Source: an uncultured Candidatus Saccharibacteria bacterium (GTDB taxonomy: Bacteria; Patescibacteriota; Minisyncoccia; Minisyncoccales; PEYH01). Taken from it: 26,358 nt of DNA. The stretch lies in contig CAYNAX010000001.1 of NCBI GenBank assembly GCA_964395745.1, positions 3,568 through 29,925 on the forward strand, given 5' to 3'. The notes under the pieces are model-generated. The model had not been told where the DNA came from. It searched no databases and saw nothing but the letters and a program-made list of their open reading frames with translations. Below, piece by piece: positions 17,057 through 24,213 of the stretch; within the stretch, counting starts at the first letter, position 1; every line of letters begins with the position of its first letter. The position numbers were made by a program, and so were the translations under genes.

Positions 17057-17665
17057 CTATTTCCAACTTATTACATATTCGTGATAGGGATCATTTCTAA
17101 ACACGCACTTTGTTTCTTCTATTGAAACTTCTTTATCTCCTCCTAAAGCCAGACGGGCTATTTCTGAGAAATAGCCTTTATGATATTGACACATTATCGG
17201 GTGAAACTTATAACCTTTAACTCTTATCACTGTATATTTTTCAATTTCATTAAACTCAACTGGCTCAACTTCGCCAAAATCAAAATGTTTTGCCCAATAC
17301 CGAGGACTTTCTTCGAAACATCTTTTTGGAGAAATAAAATACTTTGTCAAAATTTTAAGAAAAAAAGAAAGTTTCACTGCCGATCTTCCCATTTCAAAAA
17401 TCCCTTCTTTGTTTAATCCCAAAATCTCTTTTGCTAAAAGAACAATTATCACGCTAATTGCCTCAGGATACATCTCCATGGGCTTTATCTCCTCTAAAGT
17501 AAGTTCTATACCAAGTTCTTTCATTCTCTTTTTTAATTGCTCTACCGCCTTCTCTCCTCCTTTAATTTTAATATAATCTATATCTGCTAAAATTACGCCC
17601 CCTTTTACATTTCCTGGAATTTTCATTAAACGTTTTACCTCTTTTGGGCTAAGTTTATCTTCCAT
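17057..17665 (-). CDS. Stand-alone V4R / H-NOX-like (DUF2378-like) putative ligand-binding protein
   Basis: N-terminus VKGGVI...G...V..I.P.E.YP..I..EMGR resembles the H-NOX/V4R fold pattern. The C-terminus has C159, E184, C187 and H195 in V4R-type metal-site spacing. The family is assigned from recalled motifs, not from a search. Confidence 0.65.
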   Translation of the reverse strand: MEDKLSPKEVKRLMKIPGNVKGGVILADIDYIKIKGGEKAVEQLKKRMKELGIELTLEEIKPMEMYPEAISVIIVLLAKEILGLNKEGIFEMGRSAVKLSFFLKILTKYFISPKRCFEESPRYWAKHFDFGEVEPVEFNEIEKYTVIRVKGYKFHPIMCQYHKGYFSEIARLALGGDKEVSIEETKCVFRNDPYHEYVISWK

Positions 17666-17687
17666 TTTAAGATTAATGTTTTACGGG

Positions 17688-18353
17688 TTAATTTTTCGAC
17701 CTATATTTTTCCAGTTCTTTCTCAAGTTGACGAATTCTCTGTTTTAATTCTATCATTTTTGTTTCTCTTCCTACTGTAAGTTTATGGAATCTTTCCAGTT
17801 GCTTTATCCTCTCTTGTAGTTCTTTTGTTCTTTCTTTTACTTGAGCGTCTAAATTCTTTGCCATTTCCTCAAGTTCTCTGGTTCTTGCTTTTACCCTAAC
17901 TTCTAAAACTTTTTTCTCTTCTTCTAGTTGATCTTTGGTTTCTTTGAGTTGGCCTATCATAAAATTGAATTCTTTTCCAAGTTGGGCTAATTCGTCATTC
18001 CCTTTAACTTCCACTCTTGTGTTTAAATCGCCGGCTGCAGCTCTTTTAACCACTTTCACCAACTCTCTAATAGGAGCAACAATCCTCTGGGTAAAGATTA
18101 CTGCAAAAAACATTGTCATTAATACCACAAAAACAAAAGTAGAGGCTGCCACAATCCATGTGTTAAATATATTTGCCTCCACATTACTAAACTCTTCAAG
18201 CGGAAGCATCTCTTTTAAAGGGTCTATTGCTGTTTCGTATCCGCGATTAATGATGTATGCGAAAATTAAGTTTGAAAAAATAGTAATTGCCAGAATACCA
18301 TAAAAAATTCTGAAAAAGATACTCCCTTGTTTTGCTCTTTGGAGTGGCTTCAT
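17688..18353 (-). CDS. 2-TM HAMP-domain protein with a C-terminal coiled coil and no catalytic output domain
   Basis: Two TM helices, HAMP (IVAPIRELVKVVKRAAAGDL...GNDELAQLGKEFNFM), then VKARTREL/VKERTKEL heptads to the stop. Confidence 0.9.
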   Translation of the reverse strand: MKPLQRAKQGSIFFRIFYGILAITIFSNLIFAYIINRGYETAIDPLKEMLPLEEFSNVEANIFNTWIVAASTFVFVVLMTMFFAVIFTQRIVAPIRELVKVVKRAAAGDLNTRVEVKGNDELAQLGKEFNFMIGQLKETKDQLEEEKKVLEVRVKARTRELEEMAKNLDAQVKERTKELQERIKQLERFHKLTVGRETKMIELKQRIRQLEKELEKYRSKN

Positions 18354-18360
18354 TATTCTA

Positions 18361-18369
18361 ATGATACCA
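18361..18369 (-). promoter_or_regulatory. Putative extended -10 promoter of the HAMP-V4R-HK operon (leaderless geometry)
   Basis: Minus strand TGG-TATCAT (18369-18361), then 7 nt to the ATG at 18353. Confidence 0.5.
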
Positions 18370-18398
18370 AATGTTTTAATTTTTTAAAATAAAGAGGG

Positions 18399-19364
18399 TT
18401 AAATAAGTTTTTGTTGAGTTGGTTCTTGGTTGTTGGATAATTGCTCTTTTTTGCTTTCGGGATTAAAAATCTCGGGCAGTCTTTTGACTAAACTGAAAAA
18501 TTCAAACTCTTCTAAAATCTTTTTTGCCTTAGATAAGTTCTCCTTATTAATTGCACATTCTTTCAAATTAAAATTTATCGGCGCATCTTTTTTAATCTCA
18601 ACAAGTTTTCTTGAAAAGAAAGCCTCTTCTTTTGAACGAATTAACTGCTCCCTTAATCTTGGAGATATTTTTTTTGTAATGTCGTGATTTTCTTCTATCT
18701 CTTTGTAAAGATTTTCTAAAGAACCAAACTGTTTAATTAAATTAATGGCTGTTTTTTCTCCTATACCTGAAACTCCAGGAACGTTGTCTGAAGGATCTCC
18801 CCTTAGGGCTTTAAAATCAATCAATTGTTCTGGCTCTATTTGATATCTTTCTTTTACTTTTTCCTTGTCGTATAAAACTGCCTCCTTAATACCTCTTTTT
18901 AGAAGAAGAACTTTTGTGTAATTATCAACTAACTGAAGTGCATCTAGGTCTCCTGTTGTAATGATCGCCTCAATTTTGGGAAAAATTTGTTTTCTCTCTA
19001 CCAATTTTACAATTGTTCCTATAAGATCGTCTGCTTCAAAGCCCTTAAGTTCAAAAAATTTAATTCCAAAAGCCTTAAGAATTTTTTTTACCTCTGGAAT
19101 TTGCTCATACAATTCATCAGGGGCTTTCTTTCTTTTGGCTTTGTATTCTTTATAAATATTGTCTCTAAAAGTTGGGGCAGGAAAATCAAAAGCAACAATT
19201 ACAAAATCTGGTTTTAAATCCTTAAATACTCTAAACAAGATTAAAAGAAAACCATAAACAGCATTAACAACCTTGCCTGATTTTGTAGTAAGTTTTGGCA
19301 ATGCATGATAGGCGCGATGAACTATCGCATTGCCATCTATAATAACTATCTTTTTCTTCTCCAT
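18399..19364 (-). CDS. Stand-alone 5'-3' exonuclease/flap endonuclease (PolA N-terminal domain only)
   Basis: IIDGNAIVHRAYHA, YKAKR, GFEADDLIGT, TGDLDALQL and GDPSDNVPGVSGIGEKTA. No polymerase domain follows. The ATG at 19364 is preferred. Confidence 0.92.
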   Translation of the reverse strand: MEKKKIVIIDGNAIVHRAYHALPKLTTKSGKVVNAVYGFLLILFRVFKDLKPDFVIVAFDFPAPTFRDNIYKEYKAKRKKAPDELYEQIPEVKKILKAFGIKFFELKGFEADDLIGTIVKLVERKQIFPKIEAIITTGDLDALQLVDNYTKVLLLKRGIKEAVLYDKEKVKERYQIEPEQLIDFKALRGDPSDNVPGVSGIGEKTAINLIKQFGSLENLYKEIEENHDITKKISPRLREQLIRSKEEAFFSRKLVEIKKDAPINFNLKECAINKENLSKAKKILEEFEFFSLVKRLPEIFNPESKKEQLSNNQEPTQQKLI

Positions 19365-19375
19365 AAAAGAGAATA

Positions 19376-19876
19376 TTAATTTTCCCCGCACCAAGAACTA
19401 TAAATTCTTCTCTTTTTTAAATCTACAAACTCGAAACGAATCCAAATGGTATCTTTGGGAAGTATTTCTCTAATTTTTTCAGCCCATTCAACAATGATAA
19501 TATTTCTTGGGTCTTTTATTAATCTTTTTATTCCTATGCTTTTAAGGTCTTTTGAAGATTTAATTCGATAACAATCTATGTGGCAGAAATAGCCACCCTT
19601 CGCTGCCGGAATTGAGTATTTTTTCATAATCACAAATGTGGGGCTTAAAATTTTTCTTTCAATGCCCAATCCTTTAGCAAATCCTTGAGTAAAAGTTGTC
19701 TTTCCGCCTCCTAAATCTCCCTCTAGGCCTATAACTGTTGCCTGTTTTCTCGGATGTTTGTTTGAGAAAAAATAATCTAAAACTTTGCGGGCAAAAGTTT
19801 TACCTATTTTGCGGGTTTCTCGCGCTGAAAGAGAAGCGCATAATAATTTTTTCTTATTTTTTTCTTTAGGCCTCAT
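19376..19876 (-). CDS. tsaE: tRNA threonylcarbamoyladenosine biosynthesis ATPase TsaE
   Basis: GDLGGGKTTFTQG, SPTFVI, HIDCYRI and IVEWAE motifs. Confidence 0.96.
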   Translation of the reverse strand: MRPKEKNKKKLLCASLSARETRKIGKTFARKVLDYFFSNKHPRKQATVIGLEGDLGGGKTTFTQGFAKGLGIERKILSPTFVIMKKYSIPAAKGGYFCHIDCYRIKSSKDLKSIGIKRLIKDPRNIIIVEWAEKIREILPKDTIWIRFEFVDLKKRRIYSSWCGEN

Positions 19877-19891
19877 TTAGAGTTTACAAAA

Positions 19892-19920
19892 TTGACTTTT
19901 GGAATTTTTAGAATTAAATT
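19892..19920 (+). promoter_or_regulatory. Putative sigma70 promoter of the DHH-like/pilB2 operon
   Basis: TTGACT (19892-19897), N17, TAAATT (19915-19920). The ATG at 19931 is 10 nt further on. Confidence 0.55.
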
Positions 19921-19930
19921 AAGAAAGATT

Positions 19931-21013
19931 ATGGACGAACTTCAAGAAATCAGACAAAAAATACTCCATTCTCAATCTGTGCTTTTAGTTACCAAAGATG
20001 ACAAGCCCATCTTAGATTTAATATCTGCATTTTTTTGCCTTTTTTACACTCTAAAAAGGATTGGCAAAAAAGTAAACATTTACCCGGAAACAATCAAGGA
20101 TAAATTTTCTCTTTTGCCTCATTGTATTGATAACCTCAACTCCTATATTTTGGAAATCTCGCCCCCGAATGACATCTCTGAATTGTACTATCAAAAAAAC
20201 TCCGAATCTTTCCGACTGCTAATTACTTTATCAAAAAAACCCGCCTCTTCTAACAACATTCGTCTTTTTTCTTTAGAAGACGATCCTCTAAATTCAAATG
20301 TTGATTTAATTATTTCTCTTGGAGTGAGAAATTTAGAAGAGTTAGGAGAATATTATGAAAAAAACTTTAAAACATTTTTTGAGGGCTTTATCTTGAACAT
20401 AGACAACCAAAAAGATAATCTTGATTTTGGACAAATAAATTGGGTAGAAGAGAATATCGCTCTCTCGGAAATGATTCATCAACTGGCCATAAATCTTTTG
20501 CCAAAAACAGAAGATAAAATTTTGCTAGAAAATCTTTCTGTAGGAATAATTGACTATTACAAAAAAGATCCCGAAAAAATATTACAGGTTTTCACCCTTG
20601 CCCAAAGAAATGCTTTAGAAATAAAAAATATTCTAAGGCCCTTTTTGAAAAATTCTGAACCCGAAATTTTGACTTTTTTCGAAAAAGTATTAAAAAGAAT
20701 TAAGATAATAGGCAAAAGCAATATTCCTTTAGCGATTTTAACCAAAAAGGAGTTTGGCAATATAGATCGTCAAAAAATTATTTACCTTATTAAGATGCTT
20801 CGTACTCAAGTATTCAAATTCCCCTCTTTGCTAATTTTATGGGAACCCCATAATAACTTATCATCTTTTAGAGGGGTTTTTTATTTTCCAGAAAAAGAAA
20901 AATTGGTTCATCTTGCCTCCAAGGTAAGAGGACAAACTAATGGAAAAGTCCTTCTTTTTCAAATACCAAAAGAAAACAAGGAACAGTTAATACAAGAAAT
21001 TTCAAGTTATTAA
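19931..21013 (+). CDS. Degenerate DHH-family (NrnA-like) protein lacking catalytic motifs
   Basis: The order and spacing of DHH blocks are recognisable, but the residues are altered: PILDLISA (vs PDGDAxGS), DLIISLG (vs DLIITVD), LNIDNQKDN..FGQIN (vs INIDHH..N..FG.IN). Start taken as the ATG at 19931. Confidence 0.6.
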   Translation: MDELQEIRQKILHSQSVLLVTKDDKPILDLISAFFCLFYTLKRIGKKVNIYPETIKDKFSLLPHCIDNLNSYILEISPPNDISELYYQKNSESFRLLITLSKKPASSNNIRLFSLEDDPLNSNVDLIISLGVRNLEELGEYYEKNFKTFFEGFILNIDNQKDNLDFGQINWVEENIALSEMIHQLAINLLPKTEDKILLENLSVGIIDYYKKDPEKILQVFTLAQRNALEIKNILRPFLKNSEPEILTFFEKVLKRIKIIGKSNIPLAILTKKEFGNIDRQKIIYLIKMLRTQVFKFPSLLILWEPHNNLSSFRGVFYFPEKEKLVHLASKVRGQTNGKVLLFQIPKENKEQLIQEISSY

Positions 21014-21018
21014 ATTTT

Positions 21019-22317
21019 ATGGTGAAAATAACCGACAAAATTGTTATACCTTCAAACATCCAGAAATTGGTTCAAGAAAAAGTTGAAAGTGTGTCTGATT
21101 TTGCCAAAGAAATTGAAAATTTTTTAAATAAAGATATTAGCGAACTTCTCAGTTTAATTTTGGCTGGCGCAATCCATTTGTTTGCCTCAGATATCCACTT
21201 AGAACCCCAGGAAGAAAACGTTCGTTTAAGAATCAGGTTAGACGGAATGCTTCAAGATGTCTTTTCTTTTCAGCCAGAAGCATATCGTCTTTTGCTCTCA
21301 AGAATAAAATTATTGGCCGGATTAAAATTAAACATCCATGATAGAGCCCAAGATGGAAGTTTTTCTGTTGCATTACCAAATTTAGAAATAGAAATAAGAA
21401 CTTCTGCCCTGCCCGCAGATTATGGCGAATCTATTGTAATGAGAATTTTAAATCCTCAAACCTTAAAAAACATTGAAGAATTGGGGTTAAGAAAAGATCT
21501 TTTAGAATTATTTAAAAGTGAAATCCAGAAACCAAACGGAATGATTATTGTGACTGGTCCTACCGGCTCAGGAAAAACTACTACCCTGTATGCTTTCCTG
21601 CGCTTTCTTCAAAAACCCGAAATCAAAATTATTACTATTGAAGATCCAATTGAGTACAGATTGGAAGGAATCTCACAAACAGAAGTTCATCCAGAAAAAG
21701 GATATGATTTTGCAAATGGTTTAAGATCCATTGTTCGCCAAGACCCAGATGTGATTCTCGTAGGAGAAATAAGAGATAAAGAAACCGCTGAAATTGCTTT
21801 GCAGGCGGCTCTCACCGGCCATTTGGTTTTTTCCACTCTTCATACAAACGATGCTCCGGGCGCTATTCCAAGACTGGCATCTTTGGGAGCAAATCCTATT
21901 AATATTGCACCGGCAATTAATATGATTATTGCTCAGAGATTGGTAAGAAAAGTGTGCCAAAAATGCGCTCTCCCAAGAAAAATTACTCCCGAAGAATTTC
22001 AAATGCTAAAATCAGAATTCTCTAATCTGCCCAAAGATATTAAAATCCCCAAAATTTCTCAGGATTTAGAAGTTGTGGAAGCAAAAGGTTGTAAATACTG
22101 CAATTTTACTGGTTATAAAGGAAGAGTGGGTATTTTTGAAGCTTTTTTAGTAGATTCTGAAATGGAAGATTTAATTCTTAGAAAGCCTTCTGTCTCTGAA
22201 ATGAGAAAAATAGCAGAGAAAAAAGGAATGGTTTCTATGTATAAAGATGGTTTAATAAAGGTTATAGAGAAAATTACCACTATAGAAGAGGTAAAAAGAG
22301 TGGCTATGGAAAGGTGA
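21019..22317 (+). CDS. pilB: Second PilB/GspE-family secretion ATPase (short N-terminus)
   Basis: ASDIHLEP, GPTGSGKTT, TIEDPIEY, RQDPDVILVGEIRD, TGHLVFSTLH, intact CQKC...CKYC and GYKGR. No PilT AIRNLIRE motif. Confidence 0.88.
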   Translation: MVKITDKIVIPSNIQKLVQEKVESVSDFAKEIENFLNKDISELLSLILAGAIHLFASDIHLEPQEENVRLRIRLDGMLQDVFSFQPEAYRLLLSRIKLLAGLKLNIHDRAQDGSFSVALPNLEIEIRTSALPADYGESIVMRILNPQTLKNIEELGLRKDLLELFKSEIQKPNGMIIVTGPTGSGKTTTLYAFLRFLQKPEIKIITIEDPIEYRLEGISQTEVHPEKGYDFANGLRSIVRQDPDVILVGEIRDKETAEIALQAALTGHLVFSTLHTNDAPGAIPRLASLGANPINIAPAINMIIAQRLVRKVCQKCALPRKITPEEFQMLKSEFSNLPKDIKIPKISQDLEVVEAKGCKYCNFTGYKGRVGIFEAFLVDSEMEDLILRKPSVSEMRKIAEKKGMVSMYKDGLIKVIEKITTIEEVKRVAMER

Positions 22318-22332
22318 TTAGTTAAAAATTTA

Positions 22333-22449
22333 AAATCCCTGACTGGAAATCTTGGAAAGCAACCAAAACCAGGATTTTTCCGAGGCATAGCCCAGCCGGA
22401 GCCAGGCTACCCAGTAGCTAAGAAAAATCCCTCTTCCAGTCAGGGACTT
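22333..22449 (-). ncRNA. Putative ~117-nt structured non-coding RNA (unassigned; 6S-like rod is one hypothesis)
   Basis: 16-bp terminal stem, 10-bp inner stem, 9-bp apical hairpin with a C(UCCG)G loop and a 6-bp side hairpin. Five G-U pairs exist only on the minus strand. A consensus promoter lies directly upstream and a T-rich run downstream. Confidence 0.75.
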
Positions 22450-22454
22450 AATAT

Positions 22455-22483
22455 ATTATAGCAAACATCAAAATGTCTGTCAA
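22455..22483 (-). promoter_or_regulatory. Perfect consensus sigma70 promoter driving the putative ncRNA
   Basis: Minus strand TTGACA (22483-22478), exactly 17 nt, TATAAT (22460-22455). The predicted +1 at ~22449/22448 coincides with the first base of the terminal stem. Confidence 0.85.
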
Positions 22484-23480
22484 GAGAAAAGACACCCGTG
22501 CAACCGAAGAGACAATAGATGCTGTTTTACGACCCCAAAAATGGGAGGAGTATGTTGGGCAAGAAAGGGTTAAAAAAAACCTGAAAGTTATTATTGAGGC
22601 GGCAAAAAAAAGAAAAGAAAATCCTGATCATCTTCTCTTTTATGGCGCCCCAGGCCTAGGCAAAACCACACTTGCTTATCTCGTTGCCAAAGAACTAAAG
22701 GCAAATATAAGAATTACAGCCGGGCCCATAATTGAAAGACCTGGCGATTTAGCTGCTCTTCTTACCAATCTTTCTGATGGAGACATTCTTTTTATAGACG
22801 AAATCCATAGATTAAGTAAAACATGCGAGGAACTGATATATCCTGCAATGGAGGATTTTAAACTACATCTTGTAACCGGCAAGGGGGCTATGGCACAAAC
22901 CTTAGAACTTCAACTCCCTAAATTTACCCTGATAGGAGCAACAACAAGAATAGCCCTCTTGTCTTCCCCTTTAAGAAGTCGCTTTGGAGCCACTTTTCAA
23001 TTAAATTTCTATACAAAAGAAGATATCAAAAAAATTATCAGGCGCTCTGCTAATATCCTTGGGGTTGAAGTAACCGAGCAAGCAATCGACTTAATTTCAG
23101 AAAGAAGTCGCTTTACTCCCCGAATAGCAAACAGGCTTTTAAAACGTCTTCGTGATTTCGCTCAAATTGAAGGAAATGGCGTCATTGATAAGAACATTGC
23201 CCAAACTGGATTTGAAGCTATGGGTATTGATAATTTGGGGTTAGAAGAATCTGATCGAAAAATCCTGAGAACAATAATCCAGAAATTTAATGGCGGGCCT
23301 GTAGGAATTCAAGCATTAGCGGCAACCCTTGGAGAAGAAATCGATACTATCTTAGAAATATATGAGCCCTACCTTCTTCAACTGGGACTTCTAAAAAGAA
23401 CTCATCGGGGAAGAATAGCAACTGATCTTGCTTATTCTCATTTAGGTTTTACTTCCAAAAGCAAACAAATATCTTTTTAA
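22473..23480 (+). CDS. ruvB: Holliday junction branch-migration ATPase RuvB
   Basis: LRPQKWEEYVGQ, GAPGLGKTT, FIDEIHRL, LIGATTR, PLRSRFG, TPRIANRLL and YEPYLLQ..LKRTHRGR. Confidence 0.98.
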   Translation: MSVKRKDTRATEETIDAVLRPQKWEEYVGQERVKKNLKVIIEAAKKRKENPDHLLFYGAPGLGKTTLAYLVAKELKANIRITAGPIIERPGDLAALLTNLSDGDILFIDEIHRLSKTCEELIYPAMEDFKLHLVTGKGAMAQTLELQLPKFTLIGATTRIALLSSPLRSRFGATFQLNFYTKEDIKKIIRRSANILGVEVTEQAIDLISERSRFTPRIANRLLKRLRDFAQIEGNGVIDKNIAQTGFEAMGIDNLGLEESDRKILRTIIQKFNGGPVGIQALAATLGEEIDTILEIYEPYLLQLGLLKRTHRGRIATDLAYSHLGFTSKSKQISF

Positions 23481-23495
23481 AATTATTTTGGCAAG

Positions 23496-24203
23496 GTGAA
23501 AAAGATCTTGGCTAAAATTTTGCTTTCTTTTATCATTATTTTCTTTTGGGGTAAAGCAACCTGCTATGCTTGGGAAAATTCTATAGTAATCAATGAAATT
23601 GCCTGGACGGGAACTCAAGATGGTTTTACAAAAGAATGGATAGAACTTTATAATCCTTCTGATAGGAATATAAACATAAATGGTTGGCGTCTTATAGATA
23701 AACTTGGAAAAATAGACATTACCTTAAAGGGAGAAATTCCTCCTTTTTCTTTTTTTGTTTTAGAGAGATCGTCAGACAAAACTCTTCCTGATATTAAGGC
23801 AGATATTGTTTATAGTGGGGCTTTGAAAAATAGCGGAGGCGATCTTGTATTAATCAATAAAGAAGGTAAAATAATAGACCAAGTTTCTTGTAAAAGCGGT
23901 TGGTTTGCAGGAGATAATAAGACAAAGAGAACTATGGAAAGAAGGAGCGCTTATGTATCTGGATCAGATCCTAACAACTGGCAAACAAGTATTTATCCTG
24001 GTGGAACCCCCAAAAAGAAAAATTTGATTCTTGTGTCTAAAAAAGAGGCAGAAAATGCTTCAAATCAGGAAAGGGTAAATCTAGAGAATTTTTCTCGTAA
24101 AAACTCTTTTTTCTCTAAATTTCTCTTGGCAAGTATTTCTTCTTTTTCTTTGACTTTTCTTGTTTCTAAATTTAAATTTAATAAAGAGAAGCAAAATTAT
24201 TAA
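23496..24203 (+). CDS. Exported lamin-tail-domain (LTD) protein with a C-terminal hydrophobic segment
   Basis: Signal-like N-terminus (GTG start), IVINEIAW..EWIELYNPSD..ININGWRLID and LKNSGGDLVL..IDQV LTD pattern, hydrophobic C-terminus FLLASISSFSLTFLV. Confidence 0.8.
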   Translation: MKKILAKILLSFIIIFFWGKATCYAWENSIVINEIAWTGTQDGFTKEWIELYNPSDRNININGWRLIDKLGKIDITLKGEIPPFSFFVLERSSDKTLPDIKADIVYSGALKNSGGDLVLINKEGKIIDQVSCKSGWFAGDNKTKRTMERRSAYVSGSDPNNWQTSIYPGGTPKKKNLILVSKKEAENASNQERVNLENFSRKNSFFSKFLLASISSFSLTFLVSKFKFNKEKQNY

Positions 24204-24213
24204 TTTTGAGCAT

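Noticed and set aside
17057-17665. Canonical heme-binding H-NOX NO sensor
   Set aside because: The YxSxR motif is absent and the proximal His is not at the expected position. Only fold-level resemblance is claimed.
18354-18401. Frameshifted polA continuing into a polymerase domain
   Set aside because: The downstream minus-strand sequence is a short spacer and then the HAMP gene. No Pol A motifs appear in any frame of the track.
11526-18401. Recurring TAACCC at three minus-strand stop codons (11536, 17688, 18399)
   Set aside because: Only three bases beyond a TAA stop are shared and the flanks diverge. Compatible with chance.
21019-22317. PilT retraction ATPase
   Set aside because: No AIRNLIRE motif. 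It has the tetracysteine and GYKGR of the PilB/GspE type.
22113-22388. 91-aa minus-strand ORF starting inside the structured RNA
   Set aside because: Mostly antisense to pilB2, with no motif or RBS. The region is better explained by the RNA structure. A leader-peptide role cannot be fully excluded.
22333-22449. 5S rRNA or SRP (4.5S) RNA as the identity of the ncRNA, given the similar length
   Set aside because: It lacks the 5S loop C CCGAAC and loop E motifs, and lacks the SRP helix-8 CAGG/GGAA/GAAGCAG signature. There is no rRNA operon context.
12542-24213. Long N-terminal extensions in the ORF track for rpsT, holA, the 5'-exonuclease, the DHH-like gene and yebC
   Set aside because: Family-typical N-termini begin at downstream ATGs (12602, 13770, 19364, 19931, 24214), and the extensions overlap neighbouring genes or promoters.
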